Shown here: piece after piece, positions 1 to 12,400 of the stretch
How the letters are laid out: each line of letters begins with the position of its first letter
Position numbering within the stretch: position 1 is the stretch's first letter
Assembly: GCA_965235115.1 (NCBI GenBank)
Contig: OZ249440.1
Coordinates: forward strand, 17,174,001 to 17,238,000
Direction of reading: 5' to 3'
DNA: 64,000 bases
Origin: Laetmonice hystrix
Taxonomy: Eukaryota
Notes under the pieces: model-generated
What the model saw: the letters and a program-made list of their open reading frames with translations, nothing else
What the model was told of the DNA's origin: nothing
Databases searched by the model: none
Program-made: the position numbers and the translations under genes

Positions 1-1087
1 TACACTGTAGCGAAGCCACTGTTGACGGCAGGCGATGCCCAGGCGGAGCACCTTGCTGTTTGAAGCGTGGCCGACCGCAGCTGTAGAAGGCGGTCACTCT
101 GACCCCATTATGTCAGGATATATTTATGCTATGTGACACAAGTAGGTCAGGGTGACATGACAAGTGGGGGGAGTACCCGCAGGTACACCTGTCATTATGC
201 CACACCCCCTGGGAGCCTGGATTGCAAGGCCGACCCCTTTTTAAGGATGATCTTGAGGGTCATAAAGACCATTAAAATTCAGGGATTGTCACACAGAGGT
301 CAGAAAAAAAACACCAAAAAGCTGATGTAAAAATATATAGTGTAAATATACTGAACGGCATCACTCGTAGAATGTGCAAAGTGTTTTTAGTTGAGAACAG
401 GAAAGTTGTTTTCTGAGTAGTCTGTTCCGTTGAGTTTCCTCTCGTACGTCTGGTTTCTAGTCAAATATTGAATGTGACTGTTCTTTTCAAATAATATTTG
501 AGCTATATTTTCAGCTGATGCGTTTTCATTGCTGTTCAGTTGTATCTTTTGGAGCAGAATGGGTGCCTAACTGCCCCCTTTCCTCATCTGTTCGGTTAAG
601 GCCTGATGTGTCAGGTCCCAGTAGAAAACATCGAAATAATGAGGTGAATATATGTCATGCTCCCTCAAAACTATGACATAGCTGCCATTTTTTAACCGTA
701 GAGCTACTGTCAAAATTGAAAGCGTAGCAGTATTTTATTGTCACGTCATGATGCTTAAGTGGGAATCCTACTCTGAAAACTTTCATTCCTTGTTGAACTT
801 CACGTCCACTCTTTACATCTACTCCTGTCTTTTAATAGAAGGCCAAAAAAAACGATACGAAAAAGACTACGGTAAAGTTGTGCGAGCTTTGTTTGTTTCT
901 GCCCTACTTTTACACGCCTTGTGATTTAAAAGAACACGAGAAACTAGGCTTGCTTGAACGAGGTTATAGTTTTTAGCAGTATACCTGACTTCAAGCATTT
1001 TAGAGAGTGCTTAACATTCAAGAAGGATGTCTCCATCAGACCCCCTTCTAAAAAAGAAAAAGTCTATGTTTTCTTTTTATGCATTAG

Positions 1088-1190
1088 ACTTAAGGAACTA
1101 TCTGCCAGTGTTTGTGATGGGACTTAAACCTACACCAGAATCCGACCTTTTTCGATGTTAGATTCTCAGAGAAACCTACTCTACAGTCTG
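1088..1190 (+). other. Candidate non-coding or poison cassette exon, 103 nt
   Basis: Acceptor gttttctttttatgcattag|, donor ctg|gtaagt; stops in all three frames. Confidence 0.3.
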
Positions 1191-1879
1191 GTAAGTGTCT
1201 GCGAGAGGTTTTTCTGCTAAAGTCCGTTAAAACTCGCTGTAGGTGGGTGATGTTTGACTAAGCATGATTGATAAAAATCGGGGAGAGTGTTGGAATCTAT
1301 GAGAGTATTTTTTGCTGGTGGCTGGTATTTGATTTTGCTGTCATGATTGAATTTGATAGAAATCTAGGTGAAGATTGTGAACACGACATTGTGACCCCTT
1401 AAAACACGAAGTTAATTTTAACAGGTACGATATATATATAACCGCCCTGAACCGAACACTCCTGTAAAACCATTTCTGTTTCACGTCTACCAAATGTGTA
1501 TGACATTGCAGGGCTCCAAATTATCTACTGGCCCTTAGGCGCAAATAGGGACATGACTTGCTCATGGCACTCTTACTCAGGAAGGTCCTCGAATGAAACT
1601 TGCTCTTTGTGCTCGTTCAATTCGAGGCTGCTGGTTTCTTCAACTTGATTTTGCCATGAGAAGCTGATCATGTAAGGTTGTTAGGTGTTAATATTATTTC
1701 TGTTATGAATATGTATGTCTGTTTACTTGAAACCCGTCGATTGCCCTGGATGTCGTAAGCCTGGCGCAGTGACAACAGTACAAGGACCACACAGGGAGAT
1801 ACCAATAAAGCGTAGGTCTGTTACATTACGTAAGAGGCCTGCAGATGAAGCAGCTATGGCACTGCACTGCCACTAGTGT

Positions 1880-3760
1880 CCCGTAATTACCAGGGAAATG
1901 ATCTTCTCCAGGTAACCAGGCCGGCGCCACACTTTCGTACCTGCTGCACAGCTAGTGGCGTTGGTCCTGGCATCCCTGACCGTCCGTCAAGAGGACAATG
2001 GTCCAGAGTCAAGGGGCTCTTGATACTAGTATCTGGGACAAAAGAGGACCAATTTGGAAAACATCAAGAAGTCGTTACACAGGTTTCCAGTGAAGGTCCT
2101 GAGAGGCCAAAGGGAAAATTTTCAGCACTTTTTTTTCATATTTCTCAGTTCAGTTTTTGCCGTGAAATTGGTCTCCACCGACTTGGCGGTAAGCCGTCCT
2201 AATCTATTTATTATTGGCTGTAGTATAAATCGTAAGGGAGTTAGTGATTTTATGTTCAAGTAGAGAACTATAGGCGTACACATCAGCCGACTCATGCATA
2301 AAGGCAGTAACTCCACATTTTGGGCAACTCGCCTATAGATTGGTCATTTTGGAACCAGGATAAGTAACATTTATGATCAAATATTAGTTACTGAATATCA
2401 TCAATGTAAGTAAGCCCAATACCCTGAATAGATTTAGACATAAGCAAGGGCTTAACAAATACAATGTACATGAAGAACTGCTGAGTGCATTTAGCCAGCA
2501 CAGCCTGTATTTTGGCATCAAGGCACATGCACAGGCTGGCCTTCTGTGCCTTGGTGGACAAGTTGTCGCATCTTGACCTAGTTCTGGCTCCCGGCCACAT
2601 CAGAGTCGAGCACAGTCGTGGGTGTCCGACTGTCGCATGAAAATATGGCAAACAACATTTATGTGTTGTTGGGTTATAATAAAGTAAAGATAATTACTTC
2701 AAAATAAATTTATTTCTGGTTTCTTATATTTCACAAAAATACGAAAATACGATTTTTTTAAAGGAAGGAATTCTGCAAACCAGACGTTTTCCTCCACCAC
2801 GGGCAAGGCTGGTTTGTGTCAGACATCAGTTTTGGTAATGAGTGGATCTGACTCATACGGTTAAAGTGTGCATGGTGTACCAGCTGGAACTAAAAGATGC
2901 ACAAGCATTGGCTTGTTCCTCAAAGGCAGACTTGATAAACCCGTGTACAGGGCTAACCTGACAGCGTGCCTTTAGTGACTTTCTCCGAAGTGGCGTGAGC
3001 TCAGCGTTGTTTGACCTTTGTGCTCCAAGACCTGCCCCCAAGGGAATAATGAGCCAGAAACAGTTTTCTCACTTCAACTCTACTGCTCTCTGCATGGAAC
3101 CACGACGAACAACGCACCCAGGGTCTTGACACAATTCGGGGAGTCTTTAGAGACTCCTTGAGTCCCTCTCTGAGCGACGTTGCTAGGCATTTTTATTGTC
3201 GCGCTGCCAAAAATGCAGGATTTTAATTGGTTAACCATGTCTTTCTTCAAATTTCCCGTCCTTGAAATATTATTGCCCCACAGCCTGCCTTTCAACCCTG
3301 TTCCCTTCCCATCTGGTGCGGCTCCTGTTTGAGCTGATTCCCCCTTGAGGTTCCATTTGTCGGGGAGCTACAGTTTCTCTACAGACCAGGCAAGCGTTGC
3401 CAGGGGCCGAGGACGGACAGTTTTTTTTGGCTTTGGACACATATTATAATACAGCTTTAGTTTATCAGAGAGAAAATTTGGGAAGCGCGAGTAAAAGGTT
3501 GTATAAGGCTGTAGAGAATGATTTAGTAAAACCAGCAATCTCTCTCCCAGCTGAAGGCTTCCGCCTTTTGTTTTCGTCCTTAATGAGTGCAGCTGGAACC
3601 CATTTCCTTGTGTGGGTCGCCGACACAGAATTTGGTGAGCTTTTATTGGCATGCACGGTTCTCCCAAAGTATAAAGTAAAAAAAACAAAGAAAGTGTTTT
3701 GGGTCAGAAGGGAGATGAGGCGGGGATGTGCAGGGGAGCTGAATGAAATTCCTGGCGACT
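1880..3760 (-). mobile_element. Decayed non-LTR retrotransposon (LINE), reverse transcriptase and C-terminal region
   Basis: Minus-strand peptides across frameshifts resemble RT motifs in the expected order: EIAGFTKSFST (QAGFRK), KKDMVNQLKSCIF, GTQGVSKDSP (RQG..LSP), LSTKAQKA...VKPLL, QNDQSIGELPK (YGELGR), LCSR...GEDHF. Boundaries approximate. Confidence 0.7.
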
Positions 3761-4870
3761 AATTACTGGCGGTGGGCCAATGTTTTGTCTCATTAACTGA
3801 GAGTCCTGGAGGCTGTTGGCATGGTCGTGTTGGGAGGCAGAAAACGTTATTTATTTGGAGCAGCGGTTCTCGCTGGCCAACCTGCTGATAATCAGATTGT
3901 GTCAGGAGAATTGTGTCGTGGGAGGACTTTTGTGCAATGTAGTAACTTTGACGATCTTGAAGTTTTTAGTTGAAATTTTTAGCATGTGTTCATGCCCTCA
4001 AAGGTTACTGGGTATCTTCATATATTATGTAAGAAAGTAGACAAAAGATCAAACTGACACAGCCTCCTAGCATTACAGGTGCATTAAATGCAATTGAAAT
4101 AGAGTACATGTATATTACATTATTTTAGGTATTTTAGCTATTTAGCCTAAATTAAAATACTACATACTATGAGGCGCACTCGGTTGGAGGACTAGAGTGA
4201 GCCTGCTCACTTGGTGACTAGAATCTTGGCTCCAGTGTGACCTCTCTGTTTGCCGCCTATGGCTCCGCCCTGGCAGAGTCCTAAAGTCCCAGAGCTTACC
4301 GTTAATCAGTTGTTTACCACCGACTCTAAACTCTGGGAGGGATGGCCCCAGGGGGAACCCACTGCAGACTGACTGTCCCCTGTATGGTCAGCCAGCTCTA
4401 TATTGATCCCTATCACCTTGACCCTGAGGTCAGACCACTCGGACCCCTCTAGGGCCGTGTCCGCCGTCAGTGGTGGACGAGTTGGGAAGGCTACCTGGCC
4501 CTCATGAGGCGGCACTTTCCATCCTAATACGCCGCCAGTGTCGGGTGGGGATGTCGTGGATTCGACAGTCGGATAATATTCGGTCTATTAGACCCATTAA
4601 GTTGGGTTTATTCTGCCTAATGTGGGTGGCTGTGTAGCTCAAAGTATTACCAACTTTACCCTCCACGACTCTTGGTATACATATTTTAGTTGAAGATGTC
4701 CGGTACTAACGATGCTGGTGGGATGGTGCCGATTGGCCGTCCTTGGAACGATAAGCTCAACCACATTTCAGATTATATCTCTTAGGAAAACTTCAAAAGG
4801 TTAATAACTTATTTGTGAATGATGGTCTCCATGGCAATATGTGGATAGAAGCTTTCTTCAGCCCACGTAC

Positions 4871-5165
4871 GATGGACGGCCCTGTGCCCATGCGCGGTGC
4901 TGTGGTATATGAGGGACGGCTCTGTGCCCACGGTGCTGTGGTATATGACGGACGGCTCTGTGCCCACGGTGCTGTGGTATATGACGGACGGCTCTGTGCC
5001 CACGGTGCTGTGGTATATGACGGACGGCTCTGTGCCCACGGTGCTGTGGTATATGACGGACGGCTCTGTGCCCACGGTGCTGTGGTATATGACGGACGGC
5101 TCTGTGCCCACGGTGCTGTGGTATATGACGGACGGCTCTGTGCCCACGGTGCTGTGGAATACCGT
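4871..5165. repeat. 36-bp minisatellite, about 8 copies
   Basis: Unit gacggacggctctgtgcccacggtgctgtggtatat; accounts for the overlapping repetitive ORFs on both strands. Confidence 0.95.
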
Positions 5166-6899
5166 GTTGTAAAGGAAGGTTCCGTGGCGTTTCCCCAGTT
5201 CGTACGCTCCCTCTGTACACAGTGTGGAGTGCCCCATGATAAGTGTTGTTTGCCCTAAACTCGAGTCCGCCTATGGCAGCGGCGTTGACAGGCCCTGTCC
5301 GCTTGACATGGCCATCTGAAGGTCATCTGCCTCCCGTAAATCTATATTTGGAAGGGGTGGCTATAAATAACCGACGTTGGCTCAATGTGAAGCAAGTCAC
5401 AGGCCCTGATGAGGTGTTCATGGATTAAAAAGATGTTGTTGCTGGAGAAAAGAATTAGTTTTAACGATAAAATATAATCAGAGCTACAGATTGACCTTTG
5501 ACTTTTGTTTGACAGAATCAGCTCAGGATGCAAGGAGTGTTGAAAAGAGTGGTGGAAAATACTGCCTTAAATAAATTATGCAAATCCGTTTTAATTAACA
5601 GGGAGGCTGAAAGGGAAAAAAATTATGGTCCGGGTTGTTTTATATGCCCAGTCGTACAGATTCGGCTGGACATGTTAAAGCCTGTGATGGCCCAGTTGCG
5701 CAATACTGGGTCAGTAAGAGAAATGGCATTGGAAGGACGCAAACCTTTCTATGTCCAATAGATGATTCTAGAATTCAACACTCGACCACTTACATACACG
5801 AACCCTCGCCCTGCCCGTCACCTCTCACGAGCAGCCAGAGGAGGGGGCTGAAGGTCATTTATATCTGCTCGTCGCATAAAAGAGGCTTTCCGTAAGAGAA
5901 CGAGGTTTCGTCTAGGGATCAAGAACAAGCACTGTTTCGGACCAGGTCAGTAGATAAGTTTGAGACATGTGCTGGCCGTGTTGCCAAAGTTGTAGTACAT
6001 CAAAGTAGCAGTCTCTACCTCCACAGATCCTTTACTCCCAGATGTTGTGTGGCGCTTTGATAATCTGTGTCTATTGTCGCACAAACAGAAGAATTACCCT
6101 CTTCAAGTGTTATGTATCATGAAAAGTAAAATGCGAGAACCAAATTCTGAGTTAGCCCCAAAGCACTGACTGGTTTAGAAATGAGCCAGAAGCAAGCTTG
6201 GTATGTCCTGAAAGGTAAGTCCAAGTAAATCCAATACATGGGGGGAATAAATCAGATTAAAGCGAGCAAGTCCAATAATCCCACATACTGGTGAATAGGT
6301 CAGAATAAAGCTAGGACCTCCCCAGTCATTATACCCCCCTACTGTAGGAGGCTAAAGCTAGCAGTTGAGTGGTGCTTCGGTCCCGACACACGTTAATGTT
6401 AAGTGCCCGCCCGCCCGGAGGCTGGCTGGCCCCAAACCGTCCCTAGCCGCCAACCAGCCTTTGTACCAGAGGATCGACTTGACCTACTTGTCGGCCAAAT
6501 CCAATTTCATACGTGAATGGCGTCGGTTGAACCACAAAGGGCCCGCACGCTCGCACAATGCAGTTTGTGGGCGCTGGCAACAGATTGGAGCCGTCAATGG
6601 TACCAAACAATCTCCGAGCTGCTGCGAAATATGGCGCAATTTAAATCACTCAAATTAATTTCAGCTGACGGCGACATATTTTTGTTCAGCTTCCAACAGA
6701 AGAGCCACAATAAAGCATTAGGATGCAAAGATATGAGCGTTTTTGCGGAAAGTGATTACAGGTCGGGTTACATTAAGAGGCTCCAGGATTAGAATTAGAC
6801 GTTACATTTTTAACTTTTCAGGAAGAATAAGACAATTTGCATGGGCTTTTTTCTTTTTATTTCTGGAACCGCAACTGAGCTGGATCGTGATTTGTTAGG

Positions 6900-7190
6900 T
6901 GGGGAAATAGATCATGGGATTGGTTGCTCTAAATTATTCTGATCACTGTAAATGATAATACAGTTGACATTTGATCAGGAAAGTGAGGCACAAACTGAAG
7001 ATTGAGTGAGAAAGAAACTCGCCACCGGGAGGCAATCTGCTACTCTTTTCAGAAAGTGATATGGGTTCAACGTCTTTTAATTGCCGGTTGTATCCACAAG
7101 GAGGTGGGGATGATCCTGTATGGACTCTGAATACATTAGCAGATCCCTTTAAGATCCGGATACATTTACAGTGGTGGTATAACAAGCGAA
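6900..7190 (-). mobile_element. Possible CR1-like LINE 3' fragment
   Basis: CGYNRQLK...GEFLSHSIFSL weakly resembles the CR1 tail RGHN.KL...FFS.RV..WN. Confidence 0.3.
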
Positions 7191-8045
7191 CCGAGTTATG
7201 AGTTCAAGGACAGAGGTCATGTTTTGTACATTGATATTGATACAGGTGTATTACAGATTTAATTGTAACACAGCGGATCTGGGTCCCTCCAAGGTGTCAA
7301 GGCCAGGTGGCACCATTATGTGGCAAGTCGTCGAAATCTGCAGTCGTAAAGGTGTCAGATACAGGGTTACATGGCCGCCTCATTGCCCATTAAGGTGCTA
7401 ATTGCCCAACAGTGCAGCTGATTTTTGTTTACTACCTGATGATTGTGAGCCCCAGTTTGTATTAATTGACCGTTTATTATTCGCATTGTACTGTAGGAGG
7501 ACAATTAGTGCATGGTTATTTCGTCGATACCGTTATATTAGAGCAGAAAGAACGTGTATTTTTCTACTCAAAGGCAACGGAAAAAAGATCGATGCGTTGA
7601 AAGCTATTTGAAAATTACTCAAATCCAGGAAGTTGGGAAGGGGCGAGGGCGGCTGCAGCTGGGGCCACTGGCAACGGAACAGGTTACAGATTGTGGAATA
7701 AACGGAATTCTATACTCGTTCGTTACACTGACGAATGACTTATAAATATGGTCAGGCCATAGACGCTAGGCATAAGAAGAAGACACAGGAAAAAGACGAG
7801 GGTCTCGCCGCCGTCGCTAATTTACCCCTCCCCAGGTCTGCCCCTGCCATGATTTTTGTTATTCAGTTCACCGTACGGGAAGCGGTGTCACCGATAGAAA
7901 GCTTGTTAGATGCGGTTATTGCTTATTTTAAAGTCTGTTGCTTTGAACAGTATATTCCGTATTTCTTATGCTTTCGTTGAACATGCATCATTAATTTTGT
8001 TTTCACCCAATGCTGCCTACGTTTGCAGATATTTAAGACACAGAT

Positions 8046-8082
8046 ATCTGACGTTATGTTTCCTTATCTTTCCAGGTAAGTG
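8046..8082 (+). other. Candidate recursive splice (ratchet) site 1, junction 8075/8076
   Basis: tctgacgttatgtttccttatctttccag|gtaagtg: branchpoint-like CTGAC, AG-free pyrimidine tract, CAG followed directly by a consensus donor. Confidence 0.6.
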
Positions 8083-8378
8083 GTTTGGGCGTGCTGGTGG
8101 GGGGCTCTCGGCACTGATTCTGTCTGCTGACATCCATGTAACCTTGGCCACCAGCTAAGTGACCCGCTTCACCATACCTGTACTGTCGGCACTTGATAGC
8201 ATGGGACTCTTAATTGTCTGTATAAGGTGGGCAATGTATGACAGGTGTTACGGGAGAGGGCGCCTTACAGGTAAAATAGGAACTGGGCAAGGTACCGAGA
8301 CCAAACTTGATAAGTGACTTACTCCATGCTGATCAAGCCAAGGTAGACCAGACCAGTGACTCTGGAGGGACCATATCA

Positions 8379-8968
8379 GTCACATTCTTGTGGATCTATG
8401 GACCATATCAGTTACGTTCTTGTGGATGGACCATATCAGTCATATTCTTGTAGATCTGTGGAACATATCAGTCACATTCTTGTGGATCTATGGACCATAT
8501 CAGTCATGTTCTTGTGGATGGACCATATCAGTCACGTTCTTGTGGATCTATGGACCATATCAGTCACGTTCTTGTAGATCTGTGGAACATATCAGTCACA
8601 TTCTTGTGGATGGACCATATCAGTCACGTTCTTGTGGATCTATGGACCATATCAGTTACGTTCTTACGGATAGACCATATCAGTCACATTCTTGTAGATC
8701 TATGGACCATATCAGTCACATTCTTGTAGATCTATGGACCATATCAGTCACATTCTTGTGGATGGACCATATCAGTCATATTCTTGTAGATCCATGGATC
8801 GTATCAGTCATGTTCTTGTGGATGGACCATATCAGTCACGTTCTTGTGGATCTATGGACCATATCAGTCACGTTCTTGTGGATCTATGGACCATATCAGT
8901 CACGTTCTTGCGGATCTATGGACCATATCAGTCACGCTCTTGTGGATGGACCATATCAGTCATATTCT
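8379..8968. repeat. Minisatellite of mixed 32-bp and 28-bp units, about 19 copies
   Basis: ggaccatatcagtcacattcttgtggat with or without a ctat extension. Confidence 0.95.
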
Positions 8969-10787
8969 ACCGAACATTCCCCAAGCTAGACGCCCCAGAC
9001 GCCGCCCCAACAGTCAGTCCTCACTGTCAGTAGTTGTTGGAAAGTGGCCTTTAAAGCAGTATACGGCCGGCCGGCCGCCTCCAGCTGCAGGGGGTGAGTG
9101 CCTCAACGGTGTCGATGTTCAATGAGGGTGATGTTGGCATGGTGACCTTTCACTGCCGAACGGGGTCATGATGTTGTAGCGGTGGTGACCTCTTCCAGGA
9201 AAACGGGGTCATGTAGGGATGGTGCCCTTGTACAGATTCATGAGGTCATGTGGTGGCCACTGATGATCTTGGGAGTTGTACGGGGCAGTGTGTCATGCTG
9301 TTGTGGTAATGATCAGGCTGTGCACAGGGATGTCATATGAACAGAATAAGGCGGCGGCTTTTTTTAATTTCAAAGCAAAATTGTGTCATCACGGAGACAG
9401 CACTAAGATATGCTTGACCCATGGACTCGAGGAACTCGATAAACCTAGGCCAGTAATAGTCCCAATCCAGGTCAAACTTAGGGGGGCCCTGGTAAGAACC
9501 ATAGCAACGGTTTCTAGTGGTTGACGTCGGCCCTTTTTCGGTAGCCTGAAATATGTTGCATATAACTAATTAATAATTGGCAGTTTCTGCACAACTGTGG
9601 AAAAACTGTACATTACGGTTTATATTTACCAGCCTTGCTATTTATTTCTTGACGGTAAAAAGGCAGCTCTGTTTGAATGCCACCTGTGTTGGCCTGAGTT
9701 GTGACCAGACAACGCCTGTCAGTCATGTTGGCTTTCCTTACCAGCTAGTGCCCACGGTGGACTGTTTCAAAAGTACACCTGCGTGTTGAGAAATGTGCCA
9801 TTTAGTTATTGGACTCCCGCCTCCGCACCAATTTGTCTAGTTTATGGGGCAGCTAAAGGGCGGACTGTAAGCTGCCCTGACCTTGCTGGGTCCAAACGGG
9901 GCCCAGCTTGGTTTGATAGATGTTATTGTGGATGCCTCCACTGGCCTTGGCATGCCAGCCTGTACTGTCTTGCAGCTCACCGCGAAAACCCTGAGAGACG
10001 GGCTCCTTCAAAGGATAAAGAAAGGCTGGGTAAATTTACTTCCTGATAAATGGCAATATACCCTAAGGTAGAATGGGGAGTTGGTGGATGAAGGTTCTTG
10101 TTACTTAAAATCAGGGAGAATTTGTGAAAAATAGAGCGTGATTCAAGGGAGGGTGTCCTTATGTCTGGTCCCGCTTTTCTTGACAAAGGCAGGCTGTATG
10201 GAATGAAAATGTAAAAAATCACTGAGTGGCGTCTGCTGTAGTTAGAGCAGAATAAAATGGTAAACTATGCATGGCGAAGTGTTCTTAATGTACTTCATTA
10301 GCTGAAAAAAAAAACAGAATCCTGTTCATACAAAGGCAGATAAAATCATTTGAAAAGTAGTTTGAACTGTGCACCGTATTCTTTTCTGACTACATTCACG
10401 TTATACTGCTTATGAATAGGCGCCAGGAGAAAAAAATCTTGGAAAAAAAGTAACGAGGCGATCTTTCCTGGACTCATGTGTACTGTTATAGTATGCGTGA
10501 TTTTTTAAAGAGAGCTAGAAGGACGCTATCTCCAAGTTATGCACGGGCATCAGACGTAACCCAGTTCACTTTCAGAATGTCTGGAACTTATAAAGAAAAA
10601 TTGTATAGCAGCTGCACCCTACTGGGATCAAACGCCGGTCTCAAGATTACTGTGCACACTCATTCGCATAGCATAAGGTATCAACGTCCATGCCCCCTCG
10701 GCCACTTCACTTCAGTGTGTGTGTGTTGGGGGGGGGGGGGGGGCTTGCTTAACAGGCTGCTTGTTCCTCTTGTGGGATGGCAGACAT

Positions 10788-11130
10788 NNNNNNNNNNNNN
10801 NNNNNNNNNNNNNNNNNNNNNNNNNNNNNNNNNNNNNNNNNNNNNNNNNNNNNNNNNNNNNNNNNNNNNNNNNNNNNNNNNNNNNNNNNNNNNNNNNNNN
10901 NNNNNNNNNNNNNNNNNNNNNNNNNNNNNNNNNNNNNNNNNNNNNNNNNNNNNNNNNNNNNNNNNNNNNNNNNNNNNNNNNNNNNNNNNNNNNNNNNNNN
11001 NNNNNNNNNNNNNNNNNNNNNNNNNNNNNNNNNNNNNNNNNNNNNNNNNNNNNNNNNNNNNNNNNNNNNNNNNNNNNNNNNNNNNNNNNNNNNNNNNNNN
11101 NNNNNNNNNNNNNNNNNNNNNNNNNNNNNA
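10788..11130. other. Assembly gap, 343 N
   Basis: Run of n; the ORF calls spanning it are artefacts. Confidence 1.
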
Positions 11131-12252
11131 CATGTACCTGACTAAACTGCACTAGCTGTCTTTTTCGTCAGACGCATTGAAACCATCCTATTTTAAGGAG
11201 ATCTATATCGGGCTGATATGTTTTAAACATTTATTCTATATATATATGACATTGTACCTAAGTGAAGGTTGAATTTTGTAAATTGACAGACCAGTTCAAG
11301 GTTGGCACTCTTAATTCAGTGTCACAAAACGAGTAGGCCAATTGTCGAGGTCAAACATTCAATTTGAAAGAGAAACTGAAAGTAGGCCTGTGGTATTAAC
11401 TTGAGTAACTGCAGCACCAGCACCACAAGCACCAGCACCATCAGCAGGAAGAAATCAGGCGGCCCTCTGCCATGCCGTCCCCAGGCGTGTAGTGGTTCAA
11501 TGATTGATGAGTGACCATCAGTGGGGCTGATTGGGGCCTGTCTCGGACTGCCGACCGAATGGCCCACTGAATGGTCAGTGTTACCACCCCCCAACCCCCA
11601 CTCTGCCGGCAGTTAGTCCGTCACGTCCGTCCAAACCGCGCCTGCCCGCCGGTTTGCCGACCCCGGAGAGCAGTCAAGGCTTGCCGTGTGGTCTGTCACG
11701 GCCCACTCCTCCAACCGACCCAAGCCACCTCCCCTGACGGTTACAATTAGGCACGCGGCTGGGGCATTAAGGCCAGTTGTTTGGCAGACAGCATAATTTA
11801 AGATTTGTGGAAAAACCAGAGTATAGGCCGGGGCTGAAAGGTGTTAGTCAGTGCTCCCAGCGGAGATTTTTTAACGCATAATAAACAGTTAAAAACATAA
11901 AAAATCCATGCCCATTCCAGTTGAAAGATCCTATTCATAGTAATAGTAATTGTAACGATTCTTGAAGCGGGATGCAAAGTTAAGGCGGTTTCGTGCTTAC
12001 GTGAATACTAGATTTTCAAAGAGAAATCCAGATGTCAAAAAAGAGATAAAAGCAACTCTTTCAATATAGTTTTTTGAAAAAGTCAACTGATGGAATCCTG
12101 AATTGAAATCCTTAAAATAAATTCCTATTGAAGATATCTCATTTCCTTATCCTTATTTAGCACCGTTGACTTTAACGTTAAGAGATATTATCAATGTTGG
12201 GCAACATTAATTTCCTGTTGCTTATACATTTTGTTGGCAGTGTACCTAGTAT

Positions 12253-12400
12253 GTCAGTGATGTAAGCCTTCGGCTGCTGATCATTGCCTCTCATTTCCGT
12301 TGACGGTTACTTGCAGCATGGTCGGTGGTTTTTCCTGGATACTCCAGTTTCCTCTTTAACAAATTATTCCCTCTGGAGGTTGCTGGTATGAGGCGTAAAC
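12253..12400 (+). mobile_element. SINE fragment with Meta/V-type conserved core
   Basis: ggtcggtggtttttcctggatactccagtttcctc resembles the core GGTCGGTGGTTTTCTCCGGGTACTCCGGTTTCCTCC, followed by a ...ggcgtaaac tail. Confidence 0.55.

Noticed and set aside
1-63. Open frame YTVAKPLLTAGDAQAEHLAV* at the window start
   Set aside because: Too short, no recognisable homology, and context is cut off.
1411-1430. ttttaacag|gtacga as a third ratchet site
   Set aside because: Short tract, poorly placed branchpoint and weaker donor.
4871-5165. CRISPR-like appearance of the 34-37 bp repeats
   Set aside because: Head-to-tail units with no unique spacers, eukaryotic context and no cas genes.
4809-5258. 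Overlapping repetitive ORFs here and at 8356-9125, 16015-16911, 39283-40608 and 59746-60460
   Set aside because: Explained by stop-poor minisatellite units; no splice signals or homology.
9780-10250. Possible CR1 RT tail on + (ERRAPSKDKERLGK)
   Set aside because: Similarity too weak to call by eye.
10478-11155. ORFs spanning the N run
   Set aside because: Artefact of translating N.
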